NCBI GenBank assembly: GCA_964464955.1
Contig: CAYXHN010000001.1
Location: 1-26,579 of the forward strand
DNA length: 26,579 nt
Direction of reading: 5' to 3'
Source of the DNA: an uncultured Methanosarcinales archaeon
Lineage (GTDB): Archaea > Nanobdellota > Nanobdellia > Woesearchaeales > WJKL01
Positions within the stretch are counted from its first letter, which is position 1. Each line of letters starts with the position of its first letter. Shown piece after piece: positions 1 to 9,897 of the stretch. Below the pieces are notes generated by a model. That model made no database searches. It saw nothing but the letters and a program-made list of their open reading frames with translations, and had not been told where the DNA came from. Made by a program: the position numbers and the translations under genes.

Positions 1-72
1 CCATAGTTAGCAAATTTTTGGAATTGAAAATTTTACCATGGATGAATTCCCTACTAAAAGTTTCAATAATAA
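1..72. repeat. Dispersed repeat, copy 1 (cut by window edge, centre deleted)
   Basis: TAGTTAGCAAATTTTTGGAATTGAAAATTTTACCAT...AATTCCCTACTAAAAGTTTCAATAA matches both arms of the copies at 10067-10169 and 22258-22387. Confidence 0.85.
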
Positions 73-109
73 AAAAATTTAAATATTTAAAAAGTTAATC
101 TATACAGAA

Positions 110-502
110 ATGCTAAAGAAAATTTCTATATCTACAGAAAAAAGAAATGAGCTTGTTGATATCACTCCTAAAATAGAAGATGCCGCCTCTGATATCAAAG
201 ACGGGTTATGCATGATCTACTGTCCTCATACGACTGCAGGCATAACTATAAATGAAGGTGCAGATCCCGATGTGAAAAGCGACATCCTGCATCACCTTAA
301 CAAGATGGTCCCTGAAAATGAAGGGTTTGATCACAGTGAAGGAAATTCTGATGCCCATATCAAATCTTCATTGGTCGGGTGTTCTGAAACAGTGATTATA
401 GCTGGCGGAAAGCTTAAACTGGGAACATGGCAGAAGATTTATTTCGCTGAATTTGACGGTCCCAGGGAGAGGAATATTCTCATAAAAATAAAGGAGGATT
501 AA
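110..502 (+). CDS. yjbQ: YjbQ/UPF0047 family protein (secondary thiamine-phosphate synthase-like)
   Basis: Motifs PHTTAGITINE, HSEGNSDAHIKSSL and LGTWQKIYFAEFDGPRER; TTTAAATA TATA box upstream. Confidence 0.93.
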   Translation: MLKKISISTEKRNELVDITPKIEDAASDIKDGLCMIYCPHTTAGITINEGADPDVKSDILHHLNKMVPENEGFDHSEGNSDAHIKSSLVGCSETVIIAGGKLKLGTWQKIYFAEFDGPRERNILIKIKED

Positions 503-503
503 G

Positions 504-968
504 ATGCAATGCGATATGTGTGGTAAAGAAGAGAACAGATTGTTAAAAACTGTTGTTGAAAGCACTGATATGAACCTATGTAGGGACTGCTCCAGCTATG
601 GAAAAGTCATAGGAGATGTTAAAGAACAGTCTCCTGAAAAGAAAAAGAAAAAAGAGGATGTAAAAGAGCCTGAGGAAGAGGTTATCGAGATTATCTCTGA
701 TAATTTCAATGAAAAGATAAGGAAGAAAAGAGAAAGCATGGGCCTTAAACAAGAAGAGTTCGCAAAGCAAATAAACGAAAAAGAGAGTGTTGTCCATAAA
801 TGGGAAACCGGAGAACTCACTCCAGGTATTGAAAGGGCAAAAGAACTCGAAAAAAAGCTTGATCTGGATATCATAGAGGAATTTGTTGAGAAGCATAAGA
901 AAAATAGCCCTGGAAAAACAGAAGCGGTTACTATCGGCGACATAATCAAAGTAAGGAAAAAAGATTAG
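504..968 (+). CDS. mbf1: Archaeal multiprotein bridging factor 1 (Zn ribbon plus HTH_3)
   Basis: N-terminal CDMC...CRDC, HTH segment GLKQEEFAKQINEKESVVHKWETG, C-terminal TIGDII; GGAGG RBS upstream. Confidence 0.92.
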   Translation: MQCDMCGKEENRLLKTVVESTDMNLCRDCSSYGKVIGDVKEQSPEKKKKKEDVKEPEEEVIEIISDNFNEKIRKKRESMGLKQEEFAKQINEKESVVHKWETGELTPGIERAKELEKKLDLDIIEEFVEKHKKNSPGKTEAVTIGDIIKVRKKD

Positions 969-1987
969 CTTTTAGCAGGGCTTAAGAGTTTATTCAGCGT
1001 ATCAATTATTTTTCGATTGTTGTATCTTTTATAGTTTCTTAGATTATCTTTATATTTATCTATATTTGATAGAAATTCTATGATGTTTCTGCTCGATGCC
1101 CTTTTGCAGTACTTGCCATAACCTGATCTTTCTAGAAATATTGCATTTCTTGTCTGCTCGTATTGCTTTTCAACAGGAACAGACAATACAGGTTTATGGA
1201 GATATAATGCCTCGCTTATGACTGTAAATCCTCCGTTGGTTATAACTGCTCGGCATCCTGCAAGATCATCTATGAATTCTTTTTCACTAAACTTCTTTAA
1301 GGTTACATTCCCTATCTTTTTTTCTTTATTTCTGCTGTAAAGGATAAATTTCTGGTCTATCTTTTTAAGTGCAGGCACCAGCCTTCTATCACTTTTAGAT
1401 GTCTGATAGACAAGTATATGACCTTTATCTTTTGGCTTCTTTTTCTGGATCTTTTTCCTGATTACAGGTGGAAAGAGCATAGTCTTCTTGTCTCTTAGTA
1501 GAGGATAGAAAAAAGTAGTGACAAGATAATTATCTGCCTTTGGCACTAATGCAATGGACACGAGCTTATCTATCATGAAATCTGTTTTTTTGTCAAGTTT
1601 AGCGTTGAAGATATGCTGGTTATCTATAGATATGCATCTTTTCCTAAAAATGTAAGAATAATAAGCTCCGAACGGCTCAACATCTGTAATGACTACATCT
1701 GGATCAAAATTAAAAAATATCTTTATCAGCTTAAGGCTGTGGATAAGGATAAAAGGAGATTTCAGTATGTTGTTTATCGTTGTAAGCAGATAATTCACTG
1801 AATTGTTCCTGTATACTATGTTGAATAATCCTACTCTTGTAGAAGGATATCTTTTTGAAAAAAAATCATATGATTTTCCTGAGGCGACAATGTAGACACT
1901 GTGATGCTTCTTTAGCTCATCGATGATAGCTTTGCTTCTTATCGTGTGCCCCATCCCTTCCCCATTTACACAATAAAGGATTTTCAT
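965..1987 (-). CDS. MJ1255/VC2487-type GT-B glycosyltransferase (GT28-like)
   Basis: MKILYCVNGEGMGH start, PDVVITDVEP, ITNGGFTVISEALYLHKPVLSVP and QYEQ motifs. Confidence 0.88.
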   Translation of the reverse strand: MKILYCVNGEGMGHTIRSKAIIDELKKHHSVYIVASGKSYDFFSKRYPSTRVGLFNIVYRNNSVNYLLTTINNILKSPFILIHSLKLIKIFFNFDPDVVITDVEPFGAYYSYIFRKRCISIDNQHIFNAKLDKKTDFMIDKLVSIALVPKADNYLVTTFFYPLLRDKKTMLFPPVIRKKIQKKKPKDKGHILVYQTSKSDRRLVPALKKIDQKFILYSRNKEKKIGNVTLKKFSEKEFIDDLAGCRAVITNGGFTVISEALYLHKPVLSVPVEKQYEQTRNAIFLERSGYGKYCKRASSRNIIEFLSNIDKYKDNLRNYKRYNNRKIIDTLNKLLSPAKS

Positions 1988-2087
1988 GGAAAAAAGATTA
2001 AAGGCGGTGGCTTAAAAATCTTTTCTAATTTTGAGGTTATGAAGAAAAACAGAAAAATATAAATAACCAAAAAAACACCAAGGCCTC

Positions 2088-2348
2088 ATGAAAACAAAGC
2101 CAAAGAAAAAAAGCAAAGATGCATGGGCTGCATTGGCATTATCCTTGTTTTTCTGGGTCCCTCTGCTTAATGTCATATTTTTCCTTCCCGCAGCTATATT
2201 TCTAAGCTCAAAACAGATAGCGATGTCCAGAAAAAGGCCTGATGTGTACGGAGGGGTGATCTTGTCTGTAATTGTCCTATTTCATGCCTCTATAAGCTTT
2301 ATATTGAGCCTAAGGATACTGGTTCTCAGCTATTTTGGGATATTATGA
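2088..2348 (+). CDS. Small two-TM membrane protein (DUF4190-like)
   Basis: Basic N-terminus, two hydrophobic helices flanking KRPDVYGG, upstream ATATAAAT box about 24 nt before ATG. Confidence 0.6.
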   Translation: MKTKPKKKSKDAWAALALSLFFWVPLLNVIFFLPAAIFLSSKQIAMSRKRPDVYGGVILSVIVLFHASISFILSLRILVLSYFGIL

Positions 2349-2402
2349 TTTGTAGCATGTAAAAAAGAAAGATTTAATTAATAATGAATTTATTTTCAAT
2401 AT

Positions 2403-3659
2403 ATGGCGCATGATCTGATAATGTTTTTAGGAAGTTGGGTATTTGCAGTGCTTTTCTTATTTCTCCTGGGCATATTTGCTGCTGCATTTGTATCTTTTTT
2501 TAAAAAAGAAGAAAGAAAGGATTTTACGCCCCCAGTAAGCGCAGTCATTCCCTGCTATAATGAAGAAAAAAACATAGCAGGATGCATCGAGGCTGTATAT
2601 AGTTCTGAATATCCTTCCAAGATAGATGTGTTGGTTGTTGATGATGGCAGTACTGACAGCACGCTTAATGTTCTTAAAGAATGCCAAAAAAGACACTCTG
2701 GATTGAAGATCATTAGTGCTGACCATAAAGGAAAATCAGAAGCCCTGAACACAGGAATAAAAAAGACAAAAAATGAGATTGTATTTGCTGTTGATGCAGA
2801 TACAGTAATAGAAAAAGATACTCTTAAGAAGCTTGTGGCCCCTTTCAAGGATAAGAAGGTCGGAGCCACAAACGGCTCATGCATAGTCCGGAACAAGAGA
2901 GGATTTTGGGGCCTTTTCCAGAATATAGAATACCATTACAACAACCTGATAAGAAAAAGCTTTTCTGTATTGTTCAATGATGGTATCTGGTTTTTTGGTG
3001 CATTTGCCTGCTACAGGAAAGATGTACTTAAAAAAGCAGGATATTTCAAGAAAGACGCACTGACAGAAGATGCTGACATGGCTTTGGAGATATATTCTCT
3101 TGGGTACAAAGCTGTCAATGTTTTTGACTCCTACGGCCATGTGCTTGCCCCTTCAGGGATAAAAAGTCTAATAGATCAGCGCACCAGGTGGTGGATAGGG
3201 GTATTACAATCATTAAAAAAGAACAGGCACCTTTTCTCACACAGGTCAAGCCCGTCTATCCTGTTCCTTTTTGTAAATCAATACTGGTGGTCTGTTTATT
3301 CTGTGATTTCTCTGCCCCTGATAGTATATCAGTTCATCTATTGGCTGCCTTTTGGTTCAGGCACAGTTTATGAATTGTCAGCATATACATTTCGATGGTT
3401 TAGTGCATCGGGTCCTGCCTATGTGATCTATATGATCCCTGTGTGGGGCATATCCATGTACAACATATTTGGCGTGATGTCCGGCCTGATTACCACCCTG
3501 CTGCTGATAGGCGCTCTTCTTATATTTAAAGAAAAATTTAGTTTTAGAAGCCTGGTGGGCATATTTTTCTATTTTCCTTACACGATAGTTTTAAATAGTA
3601 TCATTGCAATCAGCTTGATTAAGATGAGGTTTTTAAAGAAGCGATATTTTATAAGGTAA
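2403..3659 (+). CDS. Processive GT2 glycosyltransferase (PgaC/cellulose-synthase-like), multi-TM
   Basis: IPCYNEE, DDGS, DADT, TED and QRTRW (D,D,D,QxxRW set); N- and C-terminal TM helices. Confidence 0.9.
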   Translation: MAHDLIMFLGSWVFAVLFLFLLGIFAAAFVSFFKKEERKDFTPPVSAVIPCYNEEKNIAGCIEAVYSSEYPSKIDVLVVDDGSTDSTLNVLKECQKRHSGLKIISADHKGKSEALNTGIKKTKNEIVFAVDADTVIEKDTLKKLVAPFKDKKVGATNGSCIVRNKRGFWGLFQNIEYHYNNLIRKSFSVLFNDGIWFFGAFACYRKDVLKKAGYFKKDALTEDADMALEIYSLGYKAVNVFDSYGHVLAPSGIKSLIDQRTRWWIGVLQSLKKNRHLFSHRSSPSILFLFVNQYWWSVYSVISLPLIVYQFIYWLPFGSGTVYELSAYTFRWFSASGPAYVIYMIPVWGISMYNIFGVMSGLITTLLLIGALLIFKEKFSFRSLVGIFFYFPYTIVLNSIIAISLIKMRFLKKRYFIR

Positions 3660-3672
3660 AAAGGTTAGGTTT

Positions 3673-5007
3673 ATGCCAGGCATATTTGAGATAATAAAAG
3701 GATTATGGGTATCAGATCCAGAGATAGTAAGTTGGTATGTTTCCCAGGGAAGATTACTATTAGATTATTTGCATCTGATATTTGACAGCATGTTCTATTT
3801 CTTTCTTTACATAGCTATAATCTTTACAAGCGTGTATCTGGTCCTCTCTATATTTACTATGTTTTACAAGCACGATAAGAAAGAAAGGGAATTTGATGCA
3901 AAAAAAGCTCCTTTTGTTACTATACAGATACCTACAAGAAATGAGCTTGTCGCATTAAGGTGTGCCAAAAAATGCCTGGATTTTGATTACCCAAAAGATA
4001 AGTATGAGATACTTATCGGAGATGATAGTGACAAGAAGCACATATCTGACAAACTAAAGGCCTTTGCTGAGAAATATGACCCAGTCAAGGTGATAAAAAG
4101 GGCAAAGAATATTGGATTCAAGCCAGGTAATCTTAATAAGATGCTTGACCATTCAAGAGGGGAAATCCTGGTCATATTTGACTCTGATTTTACGCCTGGA
4201 AAAGATTTTTTAAAAAGGATAATCAATCCATTCATATATGATAAAGATGTTGCAGCAGTACAGGCAAGATGGAAATTCTCAAATTTTAGCCAGAATATGG
4301 TGACTGTGCTTGCTTCTACAATAGTATACATATTCCACCAAATTGTTCTTATCTTCCTAAGCTATTTTGGTACAGGAAGCCTATGTGGCAGTGCAGAAGC
4401 CATAAGGAAAAAGGATCTTATTGGCCTTGGAAGATGGAAATCCGGAAGCCTTACAGAAGATATAGAATACAGCTTAAGGCTTCATAAGAACAACAAGAAG
4501 ATACTTTATCTTCCTAAGCTGGAATGCTACAATGATGCACCTCATATTGCTAGTGATCTTTACAAGCAGCAGATGCGGTGGGCATACGGAGTCATTACAT
4601 CCTATAAGAACAATATCAGAGGTATACTCTCTGATAGTGCTCTCCCTGCAAAAAGAAAGATACTGAGCTTGTTTGCAGGATTTGGTTATGTGATGCCTAT
4701 ACTCATCCTTTTTATGTTTTTTACAGGAACTCTCAGTTTCCTGACCCATACCCCTGGCCCGATAGATCTGCCGAGATTCTTTTCAGAACTTGGGATAAAT
4801 ATAGTTCTTACTTCAGGGATACTGATAGCTACTTTTGTGTCCCTTTACAGAGAAAAAAAGATGAGATATGGGCTTAAGACACTTGTGGCGTCTTTCAGTG
4901 TTGGAGTCATCACGACATATTATGTAAACAAAGGGATATTCAGATCGATAATGGGCAAGCCGATGAAGTGGTATCTTCTTAACAAAAATTCCAATGATGT
5001 TCAATAG
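3673..5007 (+). CDS. Processive GT2 glycosyltransferase (CslA/BcsA-like), multi-TM
   Basis: VTIQIP, DDS, GFKPGNLN, DSDF, VQARW, TED and QQMRW. Confidence 0.9.
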   Translation: MPGIFEIIKGLWVSDPEIVSWYVSQGRLLLDYLHLIFDSMFYFFLYIAIIFTSVYLVLSIFTMFYKHDKKEREFDAKKAPFVTIQIPTRNELVALRCAKKCLDFDYPKDKYEILIGDDSDKKHISDKLKAFAEKYDPVKVIKRAKNIGFKPGNLNKMLDHSRGEILVIFDSDFTPGKDFLKRIINPFIYDKDVAAVQARWKFSNFSQNMVTVLASTIVYIFHQIVLIFLSYFGTGSLCGSAEAIRKKDLIGLGRWKSGSLTEDIEYSLRLHKNNKKILYLPKLECYNDAPHIASDLYKQQMRWAYGVITSYKNNIRGILSDSALPAKRKILSLFAGFGYVMPILILFMFFTGTLSFLTHTPGPIDLPRFFSELGINIVLTSGILIATFVSLYREKKMRYGLKTLVASFSVGVITTYYVNKGIFRSIMGKPMKWYLLNKNSNDVQ

Positions 5008-5058
5008 TTATATTTTAGTATAGAAAAAGATTTAATTTAGGGTTGGTTTTTTCTTATT

Positions 5059-5694
5059 ATGATATTAAAAGACAAGACCTCTGGCATATTTTTATTTTTC
5101 ATAGGTTTTTACGGGATACAGATGGTTGCCTCTTTTTTCATAGATGGGCTTGCTCCTGTATGGGACATCGCTGCAGCAGTTTTCATTATTGCACTGTTTT
5201 TTATGGTCCATAAGCTGTCAGGGTTAAAGCCTGCTGTCCCTTTGTTGATAGGCGCAGGATTCTTTCCACACATCATCGGATTATATGGGTTCTTTGGTCA
5301 TGGTGTGACTCTTTACGGCTCAGAAATTTTTAATTATCATTATGATTGGTTGGTGCATTCTTTCGGGATGTTCTGCTATTCTGCCGCCTTTTGTTCGATA
5401 AGCTACAGTTACCTAAAAAAAGGCCTGAAAAGCAGGATCCTTGTTTTTGTTTTCATCCTGTTCTTTATGAATGGAGTAGGTGCATTTAATGAGACCATGG
5501 AATACGTTGGGTTTGATGTCTTGGGTTATGGAGAAGGATTTCTGGAATATGGAGACGGCGATTTTTCCCCTGTAGGTGGACCATGGGAAAATTCAAGCAT
5601 GGATATGGTCGCTAATCTGTTGGGGATACTCCTAGGAATCGGAACTTTCTTTTTGATTCGTATCGATTTTCCAGATCTCGATACCGTTCTTTGA
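5059..5694 (+). CDS. Polytopic membrane protein, DUF2238/YjdF-like
   Basis: HYDWLVHSFG, GAFNETMEY and DMVANLLG motif spacing within TM helices. Confidence 0.6.
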   Translation: MILKDKTSGIFLFFIGFYGIQMVASFFIDGLAPVWDIAAAVFIIALFFMVHKLSGLKPAVPLLIGAGFFPHIIGLYGFFGHGVTLYGSEIFNYHYDWLVHSFGMFCYSAAFCSISYSYLKKGLKSRILVFVFILFFMNGVGAFNETMEYVGFDVLGYGEGFLEYGDGDFSPVGGPWENSSMDMVANLLGILLGIGTFFLIRIDFPDLDTVL

Positions 5695-7017
5695 ATATAC
5701 TTTCTCAAATGTTTCCTTGTTCCGAAATAAGAACAAGATGCCCTGTTGAGGTTCTTTCCAGACTGTATTTTCCCTCATCTCTAAAGTGATATAGATATAG
5801 TCTATCTGATATTGCATGAGAAGGTTTCTTGTTTTCTCAAGATTTCTTGAATAGAATATCGTATTTATGTCTTTTTTTATCTCTTCAGACTTAGGCTGAA
5901 AAAATTGGTTATTGTCAAGGACAGTCTTTCTTTTTGCAACTGTCTGGATCCAAAAGCTGTTGGATGTTTCTGAAAGTATAGTTGAGCTGTTTCCTGAATT
6001 GTTTTTTAGCCATTCTAATGAAGAGATTATATCCCTTGAAGGAGAGGAATTTGCTAAAGACATGACCTGCACAGGTGCAGGAAACAGCAATCCGATAAAT
6101 AAGATGGTAAATGTAGCTTTCTTTACTGTGCTTAATGCCCAGTCTCTTTTTATCAGTGCAACAAGAGCATAACTTGCTACGATTGTGAGAATGATGTTAA
6201 GGAACATGGTGGTGCTGGAAAGATAAAAAGAGATTATCAACATGACTAAAAATAAAGAATAGCCGGTTATCTGTTTTTGTTTTTTCCAGACAATGTAAAG
6301 TCCGGGTATAAATAAAAGAAATGCAAAAGTGCTATAGCCTATCGGATTGCCCAGCTCAAATATCATGTTAAAAGATGGCTCAGGTATGTTGGGAAAGCCC
6401 CTCATTGAAAATATCCTGACATAATTGATTATGGCAGGGATTATGACTGCAAGGCTGTAGAATCTTTTTGTTTTCCTGTTCATATAGATAAGAAAAGATA
6501 CTGTGATCGCCAGGTTCATTATGCTGTAGAAAGCTGTGCCTGTCATGATCAGGAAGGATATGAGCCTTGAAAATGCATCCTCTCTTGTGTACATATAGAA
6601 AGCTAGGAGCAGCAAAAACATAGAAAGAGAATACGGATTGATAATAGTAAACATATAGATAAATGCAGGAGATATCACTATTAGGGCTGCAATTATGGTC
6701 TTTTGTTGATCTTTGAATCCAAGATTTGACAGCAGTGCATAAAAGATTATCAATGAAAGCATCCCCAATAAGAATGGAAGGATTGCAGCAGACAAAGAAA
6801 GGCTTAATACTGTCCCAAGATATGCAAGAAGATAGTGGAAAGGGTTAAAGATATAATCCTCTGGAAGATTTGATTTCTGTATGTGCTCTGCAGCATTAAG
6901 ATGATAATAAGATCCTTTTCCCGGAAGGATAACATCCTGATGTACAAATCTCATTAAAGGGACTGTCGACAGGATAAGTGCTGCAGTGATCATCACGATG
7001 TAAAATTTTTTGTTCAT
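5632..7017 (-). CDS. GT-C fold (STT3/AglB-like) membrane protein, paralogue 2
   Basis: SYYHLNAAEHI near the N-terminus, about 10 hydrophobic segments, C-terminal LEWLKNNS...ILSETSNSFWIQTVAKRKTV. Start moved to ATG 7017, which forms an ATGA overlap with the upstream stop. Confidence 0.72.
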   Translation of the reverse strand: MNKKFYIVMITAALILSTVPLMRFVHQDVILPGKGSYYHLNAAEHIQKSNLPEDYIFNPFHYLLAYLGTVLSLSLSAAILPFLLGMLSLIIFYALLSNLGFKDQQKTIIAALIVISPAFIYMFTIINPYSLSMFLLLLAFYMYTREDAFSRLISFLIMTGTAFYSIMNLAITVSFLIYMNRKTKRFYSLAVIIPAIINYVRIFSMRGFPNIPEPSFNMIFELGNPIGYSTFAFLLFIPGLYIVWKKQKQITGYSLFLVMLIISFYLSSTTMFLNIILTIVASYALVALIKRDWALSTVKKATFTILFIGLLFPAPVQVMSLANSSPSRDIISSLEWLKNNSGNSSTILSETSNSFWIQTVAKRKTVLDNNQFFQPKSEEIKKDINTIFYSRNLEKTRNLLMQYQIDYIYITLEMRENTVWKEPQQGILFLFRNKETFEKVYSKNGIEIWKIDTNQKESSDS

Positions 7018-8492
7018 CTTAATTCCTCTACTCTGCATAATGACCTGTATATCTTTACGTCTTCATCATACACTTTTTCAAAACAGTCATCATCAGCATA
7101 TCTTAACTCTTCCACGCCATATTTTTGTTTTGCCTGGTCTGAAAAAAAGATATAATCCACACCATATCTGTTCAGCAGGTCTATAGCTTCTATCTTATAT
7201 GGTGTCTTGAATATCCTTTCTATGTCTTTCAGCCTCTGAGATGGATTTTCTATAAGGATAAAATTTTTGTCAGCCACATTTTTTCTTTCAGCCACTGCTG
7301 TTATGGCATACCCCTGCTCAGGTGTAGCCAGGACCGTATCGTTCTCATCAGAGTTTTCTTTAAGCCAGTTCAAGGCATCTATCTCTGATTCTTCAGGAGA
7401 GTTTTTTATAGTATCTTTAGTTATATAGAAAGAAGCTGTAACTGAACTCAATATAAATACTATCATCAGGATAACCATAATGTGTTTCTTGTAGTCTTCA
7501 AACAGTGTTCGTTTAAGGTATTTTTTCATGTCCTTGAATGTTTTTGCTGAGAGAACTGTCATTGTAACTCCAAGCACCATATAGCCCACCTCAGGGGTTA
7601 TAAGCTTAAACCATAGTAACGCTAAAGAAGACAATGCAAAAGATATCAGCATGTAAAGATTTTTATCTTTTTTCTTCAGGAGATAATTGTATATTGTATA
7701 TGTTCCTGCACTGAATGGTATGACTCCTATGAAAACAATTGCTTCTATCATGCTTAATGGAGTAAAATAAGAGGAGAGTATCTGTTTAGGGATATTCTGC
7801 CAGATTACTGTCGGCCCATGTACAAGAAAAGCCTCTCTGTATATGGCGAGCTGTATGAACGCTGTCAGAAATATGGAAAAAAGAAAAAGCTCTGTCTCAG
7901 ACTTCCCTATCTCTATATGTTCTAGTTTTGCAAGGACAAGGTAAACGATTATGCTTATCGCAAATATGAATGAGGATGGATGCAGGACAGAAAGGAAAAA
8001 TATGCATATTATGGCTGAATTCGTCTTTTTAGTGTCCATCAAAAAATACAATGTGAGAAACATCAAAGGTATGACAAAAGAATAGATAGACAGCTGGTTT
8101 ATGGTCTCTGCAGCATATATTGGGATGAACGCTGAGATGAATGAAGCTGCTAGGGAGATGTTATCATTTTGGGTTATCTTTTTTGATATCAGGTAAGTTA
8201 GGATTATTATAGAAGATGCTATCAGGTTAGGAACTATCTCAAACACGATAGTATCTGATAAGGGTATATTGAGGATTGCAAGGGCATAATGGAACAAGGG
8301 AGAAAATAGATTCGTTCTTCCCCCAAAGCTTAATTCGTCTTTTATGATCGGGAGACCTTCGTCTTTTATGTGTTCTACCTGCCTTATAGTATCATAAGCA
8401 TCATAATCAGGATTTTCCGGCTCCAGCTCAAAATGACCTCTAAAAGAAAATGCAAGCAGGAATATCAATGCTAAGATATAATATCTTTTCAT
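7014..8492 (-). CDS. GT-C fold (STT3/AglB-like) membrane protein, paralogue 1
   Basis: DYDAYDTIRQVEHI, many TM helices, ALNWLKENS...VLATPEQGYAITAVAERKNV and YGVDYIF. ATG 8492 lies about 24 nt after a TTTAAAT box. Confidence 0.72.
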   Translation of the reverse strand: MKRYYILALIFLLAFSFRGHFELEPENPDYDAYDTIRQVEHIKDEGLPIIKDELSFGGRTNLFSPLFHYALAILNIPLSDTIVFEIVPNLIASSIIILTYLISKKITQNDNISLAASFISAFIPIYAAETINQLSIYSFVIPLMFLTLYFLMDTKKTNSAIICIFFLSVLHPSSFIFAISIIVYLVLAKLEHIEIGKSETELFLFSIFLTAFIQLAIYREAFLVHGPTVIWQNIPKQILSSYFTPLSMIEAIVFIGVIPFSAGTYTIYNYLLKKKDKNLYMLISFALSSLALLWFKLITPEVGYMVLGVTMTVLSAKTFKDMKKYLKRTLFEDYKKHIMVILMIVFILSSVTASFYITKDTIKNSPEESEIDALNWLKENSDENDTVLATPEQGYAITAVAERKNVADKNFILIENPSQRLKDIERIFKTPYKIEAIDLLNRYGVDYIFFSDQAKQKYGVEELRYADDDCFEKVYDEDVKIYRSLCRVEELR

Positions 8493-8565
8493 CGGCTTAT
8501 ATGGTGTATACAGCATTTAAATAAGTTTAGCAAAGCTTTTAAAATAAAATTATTTATTGTTTTTT
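8493..8565. promoter_or_regulatory. Divergent TATA promoters (GT-C pair / radB), probably leaderless
   Basis: TTTTAAAA at 8537-8544 lies 21 nt before the radB ATG; minus-strand TTTAAAT at about 8516-8522 lies about 24 nt before ATG 8492. Confidence 0.6.
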
Positions 8566-9261
8566 ATGAGAAGATCTTCAGGAAATAGCGATATAGACAA
8601 GCTGCTTGAAGGAGGATATGAGACAGACATCATTACAACTGTTTATGGTCCTGCCGGTTCTGGAAAGACACTCTTCTGTCTTCTTGCTGCTATCAGATGC
8701 GTTAAAGAGGGGAAAAAGGTTGTCTTTATAGATACAGAAGGTGGTTTTTCTGTAGAAAGGCTTAAGCAGCTTAGCGATGACTATGAAAGGATTCTTGACA
8801 ATATTTTTTTCTTAAGGCCAACTTCTTTTAAAGAGCAGAAAGACTCTTTTGAAAAGCTAAAAGGGTTTGTCAATGAAAAGATAGGCCTCATAATCATAGA
8901 TACGATCTCCATGCTTTACAGGCTTGAGCTCGGAAAGTCTGATAATGTATATGATGTTAATCGGGAACTTGGACAGCAGATAGCATATCTTAATGAGATA
9001 GCGAGGAAAAAAGAGATTCCAGTGATAGCTGCTAACCAGGTGTATGCTGACTTTAAGAAAAAAGAAGGAGTCAAGCTTGTAGGGGGCGATCTTCTTAAAT
9101 ACGGGAGTAAGTGCATGATGGAGCTCCAGTTAAGCGGAAACAACAGGGTCGTAAGCTTAAAGAAGCACAGAAGTATAGAATCAGGAAAAAGTTTTCTTTT
9201 CAGGATAGTTGAAAAAGGGATAGAAAAAATAGAGAGAAATTCAAAGAAAATTATGTTATAA
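8566..9261 (+). CDS. radB: DNA repair and recombination protein RadB
   Basis: GPAGSGKT Walker A, FIDTEGGFS, IIIDT, GGDLLKY and the RadB basic patch KHR; no N-terminal HhH domain. ATG 8566 preferred over TTG 8557. Confidence 0.92.
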   Translation: MRRSSGNSDIDKLLEGGYETDIITTVYGPAGSGKTLFCLLAAIRCVKEGKKVVFIDTEGGFSVERLKQLSDDYERILDNIFFLRPTSFKEQKDSFEKLKGFVNEKIGLIIIDTISMLYRLELGKSDNVYDVNRELGQQIAYLNEIARKKEIPVIAANQVYADFKKKEGVKLVGGDLLKYGSKCMMELQLSGNNRVVSLKKHRSIESGKSFLFRIVEKGIEKIERNSKKIML

Positions 9262-9291
9262 TTTTCTAGGTTAAAAATCCAGGATTTTTAA

Positions 9292-9897
9292 TTATTCCTC
9301 TGTAAAATCTTCAAGTTTTGCCTTGAATTCGCTTTCTTCTTTGATAAGTCCTTTTTTCTTCATATATTCCTTTGTCAGGATATAGAACAAAAGCCCCAGA
9401 GATTTCTTTCCTTTGTTGTTGCACGGCACGACCAGATCTATCTTATTTGACTGGTTATTTGTGTCGCATAACGCTATGACAGGAATCCCTACCTTTAATG
9501 CATCATCCACTGCATTCCGGTCAGGCCAGGAGTCTGCAACAAGGACAATATCTACTTCCATAAAATCTTTAAGGTTTGAATTTGTCAGGATGCCTGGAGG
9601 ATATCTCCCTGCAAAGAACTTGAATCCTGTGAGTTCTCCAAACTTCTTGACCGCTTTCCAGCCGTTCTCTCTTCTGGATACTATCAATACTCTTTCTGGA
9701 TCATACTGGGCAAGCATGTTTGCTGCAAGCTTAAGCCTCTCATCTATCTCCTGAAGGTTCAGGACTGAAAGACCGTCCGGTCTTGTCTTGTAGATGAACT
9801 TGTTCATGTATCTTGTTCTGAATTTGGTACCGATATGAATTCCTGATTTCAGATATTGTTCCTGTGGAACCAAAAATTCTGGATTGTTTTCTGCCAT
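9292..9897 (-). CDS. rps2: 30S ribosomal protein uS2
   Basis: YLKSGIHIGTK, GRYPPGILTN, PVIALCDTNN and VPCNNKGKKSL; AGAGGT RBS before ATG 9897. Confidence 0.97.
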   Translation of the reverse strand: MAENNPEFLVPQEQYLKSGIHIGTKFRTRYMNKFIYKTRPDGLSVLNLQEIDERLKLAANMLAQYDPERVLIVSRRENGWKAVKKFGELTGFKFFAGRYPPGILTNSNLKDFMEVDIVLVADSWPDRNAVDDALKVGIPVIALCDTNNQSNKIDLVVPCNNKGKKSLGLLFYILTKEYMKKKGLIKEESEFKAKLEDFTEE

